A stretch of DNA of 64,000 nucleotides from Eledone cirrhosa (lineage: Eukaryota), in assembly GCA_964016885.1 (NCBI GenBank), contig OZ024740.1, forward strand, positions 348,998,001 through 349,062,000, written 5' to 3'. The notes under the pieces were generated by a model. That model had not been told where the DNA came from, searched no databases, and worked only from the letters and a program-made list of their open reading frames with translations. Positions 11,760-27,080 of this stretch are shown in pieces (position 1 is the first letter of the stretch; every line of letters begins with the position of its first letter). A program made the position numbers and the translations under genes.

Positions 11760-14000
11760 TTCCCCTTTTTACGTTCTAAAGGTGCCAAGCCAAATCCAGG
11801 TCATGAAAACTTCCGTTGACATTTAGCCATTCGGATATCGGAGATTTGTGTATTTAAATCATAATGAAATTTTGTTGACATGGTGCATTCATCCCAAATA
11901 ATCAGGTGGCATTTGTGCAACACTTCTGTTGAGCCTAAACCTTTGTTTATGTTACCAATTGGGCTGTCATTTGTGACCAGGTATAGCGGTAATTTAAAAG
12001 CAGAATGAGCTGTTAGTCCTCGTGGGAAAATGATAGCAGCAATGCTAGACGATGCTACAGCAACTGCAATTCCTTTTTCCTGCCTTACCTTGGAGAGAAG
12101 CAATGTTGTTACAAATGTTTTACCTGTACCACCAGGAGCATGAAAAAGAAAATTCCTCCGCTTTTTTCTCTGACTCACGAAATAATTTTATCATACATAC
12201 AACGTTGTTCTGGAAGAAGTTTAGGTTCATTCACAAATGCAGCCAACTCTGTGATGTCATAATTTGTATCTCTTGCTATGTCTCTTGAAGTTAATGCACT
12301 AACTTGACGGTTTGTTTTTGGAAGTCCAGAACCAGGCTCTTGCAATGGCCTCCCATGGCCAAAACTTCATCCTCAATTTCAGTGTTTGGTTAAAAATGTT
12401 TTCAGAGAACTGAATATTCGTATCTGGGTTTGCCTGTTGAACTGCATACTTTAAGTCCTCAGCCATGTCCTATCGATGTTTCAACCAAAGCTGTAGGGGA
12501 CTGACAAGTTGACACATGTTCAGCATAATTGCAAAAAGGTTACGGAGTTTCTTTGGAGAATCTGACACTGATACTTCAGTCAATGCAAGATCCCAATGCT
12601 CATCATTTTCTAAACAACCTTGTAAATAGCATCTTCATCTTCTTGACACAACTTAAAAAAAGCCATAAGGGAAATTTTGTTTTGGAGAAAGTGCTTGTTG
12701 CAAGGCTGATTGTTTTGTAAAGATAGCTCTTTGGCCATTCTCTAGATGGACACTCAGTTGAATGATGACTGGGTGCTCTCATGAATGGGAAAATTGAAGA
12801 TACGCCAAAAAGCCTCATTGCTACTGATGTATCTTCCTCACTCATACTGTGCAACTTCGTCATTTTTATTTATCTGCTGACTGCCATTCTGCAAAAGAGT
12901 GTATGTTGCAGCATCTAAACAGTTGTTTATATATTTGCAAACTTACATAATAGACTTAACAGAGTTGCAGAATTCAACATTGATATGGGCTTTGAAAGTT
13001 TTTGTAAGAAGACAGTAGGGTACAACCCACCGATTGTCAATTATGAATTCGTGCCCATTTCTCATTTTTACTTTCGAAGTAAATCCACCATGCCCTGGTT
13101 TTCTTCTCCTGTAAAGAGGGTAGTCACCTTCTCCAGTTTGGGTTTATTGTAGAGAGGGACGTGAGCAGTTCTTGGTACACTTATTATCCTTAATGCATGG
13201 GGAGGATGGATTAATTGAACCAAAGGGCCCATAAATCATCTGGGACTTGACAATTTCATGCAGCAAATGATCTTGCAGTGGATCAGATCTTTCTGATGTG
13301 TTCTAATGTAAAGAAGCCTTTCTCCTTCAATTTTTGCATACATATCAACTGCAAATTGCTGGAAGAACCCACGTGAACGTTGAAGAATATTGAAGTCTTG
13401 CTCTCTTAATATGAAACGTTAAGCACAACAATGCGTTCACAGTATCTAGGGGTGTACTAAACGTCTGTAAAACAACCGTTACTCCACCACAACACATAGT
13501 GGTGGTATCTCTTTCCCATTTCTTTCCTTTACAAAAACTGCACTCTTTTGACATTGCTCCAATATTAATCATTTTCTCTGTAGAATAATCATGTTTTGGA
13601 TCATAGTTGAAAGCTGATCTTTTCCAAGTCCCCTTGAAAGATGCAATCTTTTTTCGAACGTATTCAGCCTATTTTGATCAAGACGATTAGATCTTTCCTC
13701 TGAGGGTTGGTGAAGTCTTGCAGCAACTGTTAGCTCCTGGTTTTTTCTTTGTCTAATCTCTCGATGACCTATTGTCTCATTGGCAACTCTGGCAGCTTGT
13801 CTTTGTCTTGCATCCTTTAAACGGTTTTTTCTCTCCTTTCTTGATTCTTTGATTTCATTTTGTTGACGTAATTATTCTAACCCTTTTCCCCTTGCCTCTT
13901 GTGACTCATTGGCCCTACGTGCAGCAGCTCTGCTCCGGTCGTTTTCATGTATTTCCCGGTGCTGAAGGCGCTCCGTCCTCGACAACGCACCCAGATTTTG
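11760..14000 (-). mobile_element. Degenerate Helitron Rep/PIF1 helicase
   Basis: APGGTGKTF and IIWDECTM (helicase); DNRWVVPY..AHINVE.CNSVKS (Rep); N-terminal IGAM..C.FC..KW..MCC. Many stops and frameshifts. Confidence 0.85.
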
Positions 14001-14649
14001 ACTACGAAAGCTTTGAAAAAAAAAAATAAAAACCCTCGGCTTCCAGGACACATGGTAGATTTTTTAGACTTATTTTAGGAAAAAAAGTAGAGTCTTTGAC
14101 GCCGGGAAATACGGTATACTGCAATTAATCATGATATCTGGTGGCAATGTCGCCATCAGCCACCTGCGTCACATTATCTAGCAAAGCAGCCATGTCGAGA
14201 ATTATAAAAAGCTGCAGTTTATAATTTATTTAATATATTACATTCACAAATGTTTTTGTTGATTTCTATTATTACATCCTGTAATCTAGTCAAGGCATGT
14301 ATTGATTAGGTTTATCTTAGAGTGAGCTTTTAGACTGTTAGTTGCTACACTGAGTTGCCATACCTTTGTTTTGTTCAGACTCTTGGTTAGCTACTTAATT
14401 GTTATTAATCTACCCAGCTGGTAATATTAGTCAAAACAATTCTGATAATACTATCTTTGCTATATTAGAATCATGTTCACATGAATTAAATTATCATCCA
14501 GCTTTTGGTGCATATATGTATATATATATAGCGACAATGTACTTATAAACCATGTAGTCACGGACAAATGTTTCTTTGAATAATGGCTAATGAGAGAGAA
14601 TCCACCAGTGTTATATGTTTGAAATACAATTGTTTTAGGTAGCATATGC

Positions 14650-16030
<1,381 letters not shown>

Positions 16031-17176
16031 TTGTATATGAATCAACTAAGTTGTTTGGGTGATATGCAGGAAGAAAAACAATTGTGGAAAGCAAGACGTG
16101 AAATCCAGGAGAGGAAACAGATGTGGTATTCAAGATAGGAGAGTCATTTTGGTATGTTTATGTTTGTGTGTATGTATGCAGGTTCGCCTGTTTGTATGTC
16201 GGAGTGTGTTTCTGCGCCTATCTGTGCATGTATGTGTGTTTCTGTAAGAGAAAGAGATTTGATTTTGTACATTTGAAGTAAAAATCAAACATCAACGAAA
16301 ATGAAAATAAATTAATGAAAAGGCGAGTGAAATTCTTGACACATAAAATGCTTCATTGTTTGTCGTAAGAATGCTATATGATATCATAGTAAATTATCCA
16401 TCAATAAATTACACTGACATACAGAAGTGATTTTTATATAAGTTGTGATGTTATAATAATCTGTATTCTGAAGGTTCTTTAAAAAAATCGTCATGTTGAA
16501 AACTTTAGCAATCTGTAGAAGTTTATGAAACAAATAAAATATTCAATTATGTAAGTAATTAGCGCTAGTATTATTAATTTATTATTACATTTGTTTTACT
16601 CCAGGATATTTTACATGAAAATCCGCTCTAGTTTGTAAATCTCCTGGTGCATTTTATGATATTTAACTCGCATAACTACTTGCCTATAATATTTCAAATG
16701 CATACACGCATAAATATATATACGCACACAAACACAAAGGCATAAATATATAGAAAGACATGCTTTATCGTGGCGAACACATACATATGTATTATGATAT
16801 ATCGTTACTAGCACACATACACACATGTATATATGCCATGATATTATGATACAACGTTTCCAACAATTGTGCATATACTGCTACAAATATACATAACATA
16901 TAAATTATGATATAATTTTATCAACACACACACATAGTGATAACATGTTTCCAACACACACATACACAAGTATTTAATACACACGCATACACGATGACCT
17001 ATCGTTACTAGCACACACAAGCTACGGACACAATTACATGAATTTACAGATACGTACCTTCCCCTGTATAGGATAGTATAAAGTTAGTTACATACACACA
17101 CACAGAGGATGATATAACGTAACCAGCGCATACACAGATTCATACACGATGACAATCCGTTCCCACATAAACAACG

Positions 17177-17641
17177 TTTCAAATCCCGCCGAGGTTAAAT
17201 TTGCCTTTCATCCTTATGAGGTCGATAAAATAAAGTACCAGTAATACACTGGATAATTGCTGGTCTTGTGCCAAAAGTAGAAACAATTATTAACACAGTC
17301 ACAAGGGCGGTGTATTGGCAGAATCGGTACAACGTCGGACGCTAAAATTTGCGATATAGAGTTATGGCCCTATATATTCTAAGTTCAAATCCCGCCAAAG
17401 TTAACTTTGTCTTTCATCCTGACGGGGTAGATAAAACATAGCACCGTTATTGCACAAAACCATGATCTTGTGTCAGCAGCAAACACACAAACACATACAT
17501 CACGATATAACGCAGTAACGTTACAGACATTCACATATATTCTACGATATCTTATTATCAACACACACACATACACACGCAGACACATACACACACACGC
17601 ACACACACACACTCTCACACACACACACACACACACACACG

Positions 17642-17727
<86 letters not shown>

Positions 17728-18776
17728 CACGCGCGCAAACACACACAGTGTCTCAATCAATTGATTGGAGTTCAGCTAAGGAAATTCCAGTATTACCTAG
17801 ATAAAATATATTTCTAAAGATCCTATATAATAATATGAACAATATTATGTCCTACTTTGATGAATTACCAGTTGCCCTTGTTTGAATCAAATTGAACTAT
17901 CGTAAAGCTAGAACGAAGATCGTTATCTTAGATATCTGAATTAATTAATCAAATGCTGAAGTAAATTTGTTGCATATTGTAGAAAATTAATTATGCAATA
18001 AAGGAAAATATATTTGGATTAATTAATTATTTATAATCCTTAGTAATAGTGGAATCATGTCAGTGATATGGGGAAAGCTGAAAGTCGGTTTTATCGACCA
18101 CAGTACAACAAATTCTATATAATAATTGTCTCTACTTTAGGCACAAGGCCAGCAATTACTAAGTGCATTACTGGTACTTTATTTTATCGACCCCGTAAAG
18201 ATGAAAGGCAAAGTCAACCTCGGCGGGATTTGAACTCAAATCGTAAAGGGACGTAACTATGCTGGAAAGCATGGCTTCCGACCCTCTACCGATACTGCCA
18301 ATCCACCGCCCTATATCCCTATATTTGCTCGTAAGTATACGAAAGATTACTCTCAAAGAACACAATATGTACAATTGAGGAATTAAATATTTAATTATAT
18401 CATGTTACACGATTTGAAATGAAGAAATCATATGAAATAATATCATTAATCTTTTGTAGTTTGAGTGATCGAAAAGTAAACAGTTTTGCTACGTTATAGA
18501 TGTGAAATATCGCAATCGTACAACTGGTTAGTTTCAGATACAATAAATAGATAATACAAAAATGTAAACACTATGACAAAATAATTGTTTCTACTTTTTG
18601 GCACCAGGCCAGCAATTACCTAGTGCATTACTGATACTTTATTTTATCGACCCAGTAAGGATGAAAGGCAAAGTTAACCTCGACGGGATTTGTATTCAGA
18701 ATGGAAGGGGTCGTAGCTCTATGCGTCAAAGCGCATGGCGTCCGACCCTCCACCGATACTGCCAATCCACCGCCCT
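17177..18776. mobile_element. Cluster of four octopus-type tRNA SINEs (17177-17290 +, 17305-17440 +, 18120-18312 -, 18583-18776 -)
   Basis: Shared GTTCAAATCCCGCCGAGG..TTTGCCTTTCATCC..GATAAAATAAAGTACCAG core. Confidence 0.85.
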
Positions 18777-18899
18777 ATGACAAAATAATGAAAATTTATG
18801 AAGAAGACTCGAGAAAGTTTCGGTATCAACGTATGAATGACGTAAAATATTACAACTCACGGTTCTTGTCGATAAAAAAATATAAAATGTTTAAATAGA

Positions 18900-19870
18900 A
18901 ATGTAAATTTAGCTCCTGGGCCTGTCTGAGGCCAGGCGGCACTGGATGGCGTCCCAAGTGCGTTGGGGGAACTTGACGTCAACAGGGGGAGAAGGAGGAG
19001 GGACGTCTACTGGGCTAAGTCCCAGCCGGTCCCACGTCTCACAGGCGGCCTCACGTTCTCTGAACACAGAGGGTTCTGTTGTGTTTTGAAGAACCCTGCC
19101 ATCCAGTGCAGCCTCGCCTCAGACAGGCTCACGCGCCAGCTCGACCAGCACCGCCTTGCTTGTTTTCGTGCGGCCTCCAAACGCCACAGTGGTGCCTAGC
19201 TCCATGCCCTGCCCTCCTTCTCCACTAGCCGCAGCTAGACAACCATAGCCTGTGAATCAGCGTTTCCCTGAGGCTCGGCCTCCGGATCTGCCAGCCATAC
19301 CAATGTCGCTGCGGTTCCACCGTAGACTCTTTCGGCCTCCACCCGCTTTCCTGTCTCCACAGTGCCGGCCGCATTCCACGCTATGCTGCCCTCAATGAGG
19401 TTATTAAGCATGGCTTGGACGCTGCAGGCTTCCATTCCCAGCTCGAGCCGGTGGGGCTGGATCGAGGGGACGGCAAAAGGCCAGATGTCATGACCATCTT
19501 CCCGTTCCACGGTGGCAAACCCCTCGTCTGGGATGCCACTTTCACCGACACTTTCTGCAGCCGCAACCTGGTGCAGTCTGCGACTGACCCAGGTTCTGCT
19601 GCACGTCGGGCTGAGGGGGCCAAACTCCTCAAATACCGGTCGCTCTCCGACAGGTTTACGGTCGTACCCCTGGCAGTGGAGACTTCTGGTGTCCTCGGCC
19701 TCAGGGCTACCTCCTTACTCACCACCATAGGCGCTGAGCTGGCCAGCCGCAGGTGTGAGCTCCGCGAGTTGGAGTGGCTTTTCCAGCGCGTCTCCCTTGC
19801 CGTCCTCCGGGGAAAGCCTTCTCCATTCTGTCCACCGGGGCTGTGGATGGGCCCCATCGCGTACCGTTGT
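18900..19870 (+). mobile_element. RLE-type (CRE-like) non-LTR retrotransposon 3' portion
   Basis: GC-rich. CRC..H..C knuckle, then H..LNEVIK, EP.GL..GDGKRPD..T, WDAT..D, K..KY and PLAVETSG, a restriction-like endonuclease domain. Confidence 0.8.
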
Positions 19871-20148
19871 AGTTGTTGTATACAGATATTAACTCATCAA
19901 TCCCATTGTCCTAATATTGTTATTTATTTATTTATGAATTGTTTCACAAATTTAGGTCCTAACATAATATATAGGATAGCAGTTACATCGGATACTAGTA
20001 TTCAGTGTATTTCCAATGTATGATATACTAAGTACTTATACTTTACCTCAGCGTATACAAAATGTCCCGCGTTGTTGATAGTTCCACCTGAATATATTCA
20101 TATATATATTCACTTTTTTTACACTAAATTATGACTAATGTTTCATGT

Positions 20149-20312
20149 AAATTCCGCTACCGGTCCCTCATATATATAAGTAAATAGTTCGCCATTGATT
20201 TCATTACAAAAGTATATCACTTTGGGAAACGAACAAACTCACGCCTAACTCTTTTCGTTATATTTTTCATTTGCAAGTGAACAAGAATATAATGAAAATA
20301 AACAGTATAAGT
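20149..20312 (+). pseudogene. Promoter and exon 1 (MKINS, 20292-20306) of pseudogene B, splice donor mutated
   Basis: AAATTCC..CCGG..TATATAAG, then GTGAACAAGAATATA-ATG as in the other exon 1s. Donor reads ATAAGT instead of GTAAGT. Confidence 0.6.
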
Positions 20313-20492
20313 ATCCTTTAATTAATGATATCTCATGTTTCTGTGTGTAGTTATTTGGAATACTTTCATAAGTGTATTTGCAACGCGAACTTTAACATAT
20401 ATTACATTCGTTAATTAAAACTAGCTAATATCTGTGAAGAATTGTAGCAAGCATCGAAGATACAAATTCAATTGTAGTAGATTTAGTGTATA

Positions 20493-20991
20493 CTAGAAAA
20501 CCCGTGACCCGGTGGGTCACGTTCAATTAACAAATAATTTTAAAATAATTAACATACACAGACACGTATATAATGTAAAATGAAATGGGAAGACTTAGAA
20601 ACCCTTTCTATTTAGAAATCCTATTTATTTATACAGTAATGCTGTATTCATTTCTCTGAAGTCACCGGTTGTAATCTCATTCAACAATACCAACAGCTCT
20701 CTCGCGCTATCTTCCATTTTCCTTCTCTCTCTCTTTCTCTCTCCCTCTCTATGTTTCTCTCTCAATCTACTCTCTCACAACCTCTATCTCTTTCTCTCTA
20801 TCCTTCTCTCTCTCTACTTATGGAGGTACCAAGAAAACCCCATATCTCTTGTTTTTATTCCATTTGTATTCCCATTTCGGGGGCAACTTCCTTTCAAAGT
20901 ATTTTCCCATTATGCGCCCTTTTGGCCTGTATTACAGTACAGACAAGCAAACAAGCAAGCAAATAATCACAGAGTTTTAGGAGTATATAGA
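20493..20991 (-). mobile_element. Non-autonomous Helitron-like element
   Basis: A|CTAG end with hairpin CGTGACCC..GGGTCACG; TCTAT start on the minus strand. Confidence 0.55.
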
Positions 20992-21782
20992 TTGGTGAAT
21001 GTTTATGTTATGATATCTAATATATTATTCACTTTAAATTCCTATTTTGCTCACGCCACACGTTTCAAAATGTTGTCCCGCCTCTGTCACACTCTCTGTT
21101 ATTTCATTAAACTGTAGGCATTATTAAATAAAGAAATCATTATTGCGTACTTGCAAATTCGTAGAAATATGACAACTCAGATCCCCTCTCTTTTATAATT
21201 AGTTTCGCCTACATTCCTCCTATGTCAACAGATGCACACACCGACGGCTATTTTCAATTTAAACAATAATAAATATATATACAATATATCATATATATAT
21301 TGTAAGAAAAAAGACGTTTTATTTTTACCACACATGGCCTCTATTATGATCCGTCGCAAACGACTCCGCCCACCTCAACGACGCCATACTTAAATTAATA
21401 TGCATAATACCAATGAGGGAGTGAGAGGGGAGAGTAAGAAACAGAGAGGCAAAGTGAACGCTGTAATTATTACCGTGTATGCGTGTGTATGTACGTGCAC
21501 GTATGTTTATGTGTGTGTGCGCGCGTGCAGCGTTCCACAGAAAGTAAAAGCAATTCGACTTTATCAAACAGTGAACTACAGCAGCGACGGCATGCAGCCA
21601 GGAATGAAGAAAAACGGGCCGAACAGCGCCATCGGAACGCCGAACTTCAGAGACGAAGTCGTGCCGCCATGAATGAAGAGGAGCTGGCTGAACAACGCTA
21701 ACGAAACACTGGAGCCAAGCAGCGACGGCGTGCTGCGATGGTTGAAGACAAACTGGCTGAGCATCATCTTTTGTATTAATTA

Positions 21783-22117
21783 TCTATATCTATATCTACA
21801 TATAATATAAAAGATTGGAACTTCCATCATCCTTTTGAGAAACGTGGAACAACCACGTCTATGTTTTACAGTCAGGCAGAAGATGAACCATTTCAATTCT
21901 AGGTGCTCTCACCTAGAATTGTTCATATACTTTGCACAAACGGTACAACGAAGAATCTGGTATATCTGGAAGATTTTTTTACTGTTTTTTGTATCACACA
22001 GACACCACGGACTCGCCTCATACTGTAACCAGACAAACATCCAATACAGTCACTTTCTCTTTAACCTGTCTTCTCTTATCATCTGTTTACCCGGGCGAAG
22101 CTGGGTACGTCAGCTAG
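21783..22117 (+). mobile_element. Non-autonomous Helitron-like element next to the IL-17 acceptor
   Basis: TCTATATC start; 3' hairpin ACCCGG..CTGGGT, then CTAG|T. Confidence 0.6.
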
Positions 22118-22134
22118 TATTTTATATATTGCAG

Positions 22135-22661
22135 CTTCTCGTACAGATCGTCGTTCTTTTCATCAATTATATCTTAATTGTGACTTCGGCTCCCGACCAG
22201 ATCCAATGTGAAATACTAACTGACCTAAAATACCAAAACGAGAGTTTGTACAGTGCAGCAACTTGCAATAACTTTTTTCTATCGGTTGAAATAGCTCCAG
22301 CAGTAAATAACCAAACACTCACAAACGGAAATAAAACTCGTCCAACATCCTCTGTTTCCTCTGATATCATCAGTGAACGTTCGCTTTGCCCTTGGTACCT
22401 GAAGATTACCCATAATTCAACAGTCTTCCCTCCATCACGTCCAGACTCTCTAGATGTCGCTGTCCAGACTCTCTATATTCTGACAGCAATCACCAATGTG
22501 TGACAGTATATTCTAAAATGACAGTCCTCAAACGTACAGATAAATGTGTTGATGGACTGTATGTGTATAGTCCAAGTGTAATATATGTGGCAACAGCCTG
22601 TCTTTGTGCACGGAAAGTTGATGTGATAACTAAAGGAAATCCACACGATTATGAGCAGTAA
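22135..22661 (+). pseudogene. IL-17-like pseudogene (copy B), frameshifted
   Basis: Acceptor gcag at 22134. +2 frameshift near 22441-22454 and two cysteines lost. C-terminus VATACLCARK is in another frame, ending TAA at 22661. Confidence 0.85.
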
Positions 22662-25048
22662 AAAAGCCAAATATAAAATTTAAATCATAGTGTAACGCAA
22701 AAGGTATTCATAATATTATGAAAGTCTCAGTTCACCACTGTGTGGTTTTATACTTTATCTTTAATACTTTATCTTTTATACTGTATCTCCTTAAACTACG
22801 AAACTTTCCTCAAACTGAAATATATATATATTTCAATAAACATAAATGCAAACTGTTTTCAAGCAAGGTGTTTATGAGTCGAAAAAAACAACCAGCTACC
22901 AAACTTCAACACTGAGTGTAACGCAAAGTTTATTCATAATTTTGCACAAATTATCCTGCAAATTATCATGCACAAATCCAGGATGCGACAAGTATCATTG
23001 TAGATTTAAGAAGTAAACACGTAGCTTTAAGAATATTGAATTATCTGTCGTAGTATTGCTATTTTCAGTACCATATATCTTTAATTACCTTAATTGCAAT
23101 TATTGTATGCTAGCATCGTCCCGTAACTCCTAAAGGTGGCGGAGAGGCAAAATAATGACATACGGCTTTTTTAAAGCATGTTTTAACTTGGCGGAGCCCA
23201 TCCTTTTCCTGGTCTGAATATGGCAGATTTATTCCAGAGAAGGATAATTATTGAAGGAGAGGGTGTAAGAAAGAGATATAGAGACTCTTTTTACTGACCT
23301 CGAAAGGATGAAAGTCAAAGTTGACATCGATGGGATTTGAACTCAGAGAGCAGAGAGACAAAAACGAATACTACAAAATATTTTATCACACGTTCTAACG
23401 ACACAGCCAATGTACCGCCCAATTATGGTATACCTGAAACAATAAATCTCATTGCTAACTTTGCGCGGATTGTCATTTAAATAAAGGTCTCGGTGGTAAG
23501 AAATTCTTCGGAGAGCTGGACAACAGAAGCCTCTCAAGCGAGTGTTTCGGCGCGTAATTAATAAGGGCGACGGCTCACATCCATGTCATGACTCTTCGGT
23601 GCCCTTCTGCTCTCCTTTAGCCATTCGGATATTGGAGATTTGTGTTTCTAAACGGCAAGGATATTTTGTTGACATGATCTAGCTGAAAATCATCTCCGGT
23701 GATTCTGCTTTCAAACATATATATATATAAATGCTTTCTTGAGTTTGGGAAAATAACGCATTTAGTCTGGTTAGCGGCGAGATGTCAGGAGTATCGCCGA
23801 CTACACACTACGAAATACTCAGAGTTACTTCATTTAGCGTCCATTAAAATAGAAACACGATGCCTCACAAACGATATGGAGGACGTTTTTGTTTCTCCTC
23901 GACCAAATCCAGCAGGAACTCCTATCGGCTGCCTCTGATATTGCCTTTAGGTCTTTGGACCTCCACTTCCCAGAGACGGAAAATTATTTCATGAGATTGT
24001 AGGCAGATTTGCCCACAAAGTCGCTGGTTCCAATCTCCGTGGCGAGAAGTTTGACTCGGAACTCGGCTTCCCTCAGGCTGTTGTCCACACTGGCATAATT
24101 TCCGGTCTTTAATTCGCGTATGTTTAATCTACTTTCATATGACATGATTAGTTCAGTCAAAATCAGCTGTTATAATGAATTGGAATGGAATACGATATCC
24201 AGCATCAAACCACCATTTCGGATGATTTCTGGTTGTTTCGCTGATCCTCAGAGGTCTCCTGTACACTGCCAGTCGTTCGATATATTCGTGTCTATAACAT
24301 AGCGAGAAACAGAATATCACAGAATATACTGAGTTGCATAATATTGCTTGGAGAAATATTATTATGAAATGAAATCATTAGATGTGAAACGTAGTTACTG
24401 ACATTATAAAACCAACACTATAAAAATATATACGGTTGCTATTATATATGCTACCTTTATATAAATACTAAGACTTAACATAAAACGTTAATCTAGGATA
24501 AAATAAAACACGAAGTATCAAGTTCAGAGATTTAACAAAATAAAAGTTGAAGAATTGAATACAAAAGCAATGTTCCTGTCATATATGTTTTTTTATTAAA
24601 ATAGAAGCAACAAAACAATATTATAATGATTTGTTTTAAGTGAAAAAGTATAAATGTAAATACAAAAAATATTTTTCCATATATTATACACATATGAGAG
24701 ATTTTGCCTGCCTATGCACCTGTCTATGCCACAGACTCTCACATCGGAATTAATACTTAATTTATCAATCTAGAGATTTGAACCCGGAATATAACAGCAC
24801 GTAACTCAATACGATAAAATATTTTATTTATTGTTACACTAATTCTGAAATTTCCAACACCTATTTGTAGTATATAACAATAATAGAGGTAGGTGTGTTA
24901 AACTTCAGCAGGTAGATTTGAAATCTGTTAAATCCCGAATATGTTTACGAAGTCACAATAACTAAGTTGTGTAAATGATGGGTAAATATTGATTGAATAT
25001 CCCTCATTAAATTGCTATTACATATAGGTAGTTCATATTGGTCTAAAT

Positions 25049-25118
<70 letters not shown>

Positions 25119-25152
25119 AATATATATATATATATAAAAATATATACATATA

Positions 25153-25183
<31 letters not shown>

Positions 25184-25268
25184 TATATATATAACAAAGG
25201 AAATGTGGTAAGGAACCAGGTGGACCTTAACGCACCAAAGTACTCAATACTTAGGGTAGTAGAGTGGG

Positions 25269-25366
25269 TAATAGGAACCAGTAAGACCCCGACGGCTGAG
25301 CTCTGTCCAGAATTAGCCGTCGAAACGGCTTGAGCTCAGCCGTCGGGGTCTTACAGGTTCCTATTA
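25269..25366. repeat. 35-bp inverted repeat with 28-nt spacer
   Basis: 25269-25303 versus 25332-25366, one mismatch. Confidence 0.85.
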
Positions 25367-25975
25367 TATTATATATATACATAAGGCGGTGAATTGGCAG
25401 ATAGGGCGGTGAATTGGCAGTATCGGTAGAGGGTTGGACAGAATGGAGAAGGCGTTTCCCCGGAGGATGGTGAAGGAGATGCACCGCAACTCTCTCGGGG
25501 GGCTCACACTTGCGGCTAGCCAGATTAGCGCCTATGGTGGTGAGTAGGAGGGTGGCTCTAGGGTCAAGGATACCAGAGGTCTACACTTCTAGGGGCTCGA
25601 CTGCAAACCTGTCGGAGAGCGACCGATACTCGGAGAGTTTACCCTCCTCAGCCCCAATTGCACAAGAGCCCTGGTTAGTTGCAGACTGCAGCAGGTTGCC
25701 TGTAAAGTCATATATGTGGGACGTAAATTCTGGAAATTAATGTACAACATATCAAAATCAAGTATTAAATTTGAGACTCCAAATTTCTGTTAATATGATA
25801 TCACCGCTTGAATATCACATACAAATATGTTTATGAACTATATATGTATGTCATGTTAAAGAATGTCAAAATATATAAAAATATTATAATAACCACATGG
25901 TGGTCAACAAACTTTCATAATATTATGAATACATTTAGCGTTACAACGCAGTTTAAAATTTGGTAGTTGATTGTT

Positions 25976-26503
25976 TTACGACACATAATCGTTTCCATTT
26001 CCCTCAGTTGTCACATCAACTTTCCGTGCACAAACACAGGCTGTTGCCACATCTATTACACTTGGACTATACACATACAGACCATCAACACATTTATCTG
26101 TACGTTTGAGGACTGTCATTTTAGTATACACTGCCACACATTGGTGATTGTTGTCAGAGCCTAGACAGTCTGTACAACGACACACTACTTCTGTACGTGA
26201 TGGAGGGAAGACTGTTGAATTATGGGTAATCTTCAGATACCAAGGGCAAGTTGAACGTTCACTGATGATATCAGAGGAAACAGCAGATGTTGGACAAGTT
26301 TTATCTCCCTCTCTGAGTATAGGATGATTACTTTCTGCTGGAGCCATTTCAGCCGGTAGAAAGAAATTGTTGCCAATGGCTGCACTGGATAAACTCTCGT
26401 AGCGGACTTTCAAATCAGTGGGTATTTCACATTGGGTGTGGATTGGTAACGAAGACATGATGAAGATGTAATTGAACATCACAATTACAATCTGAAGAAG
26501 AAC
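25976..26503 (-). CDS. IL17: IL-17-like cytokine, exon 2 (copy C)
   Basis: Intact ORF with the same motifs as copy A; acceptor AG at 26504-26505. Confidence 0.92.
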   Translation of the reverse strand, partial: VLLQIVIVMFNYIFIMSSLPIHTQCEIPTDLKVRYESLSSAAIGNNFFLPAEMAPAESNHPILREGDKTCPTSAVSSDIISERSTCPWYLKITHNSTVFPPSRTEVVCRCTDCLGSDNNHQCVAVYTKMTVLKRTDKCVDGLYVYSPSVIDVATACVCARKVDVTTEGNGNDYVS

Positions 26504-27045
26504 CTACAAGAAAGAAGAATATATTTTAGACAAATGGGGTAGCTTACATTTAACATGACTGTAATTCATCGTGATAAAAACAATGTAAGATTAATAAAGT
26601 TATCTAGAAATAGATATGAAGCTAATAGAAACTATGTGAAGGGTTTATTGTATATATTAAATGAGCGGTTAAAAGCAGTCATATTATTTACAATATACTT
26701 TTTTGCTGATAAGATGTAAAAGAATACACCAACCGGTGTATTTATTTCAGGCGAGATAGAAAGAAAGTAAGAGAAAGGAAGGGAAGTATAATACAATTGG
26801 AGGTGTTAGAGGCGACATATAGAAGCGGAAGTTCGCAAGTAAACAATTCAGTTCTACTTGTTGACGTATCGTGTGTAGTGACTAAAATTTAGCGACATTC
26901 AGAGATATTATAACTGTATTAATATTGGAGTTTTGAAATTAATGTCATATTTCTGTCTATCATTCTAGGTTTCCTGATGTAAAGTAAGCTGAAATGTTTT
27001 ATTGTCTAATTTATTTGAATAGACATGTAATTTATTTGAATAGAC

Positions 27046-27080
<35 letters not shown>

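Noticed and set aside
16520-16560. ATG...AT|GTAAGT as another IL-17 exon 1
   Set aside because: Wrong phase, and no CCGG/kB-like promoter module or 5'UTR homology.
21835-22503. 222-aa ORF as a novel N-terminally extended IL-17
   Set aside because: Read-through from a Helitron-like insert into a frameshifted pseudo-exon.
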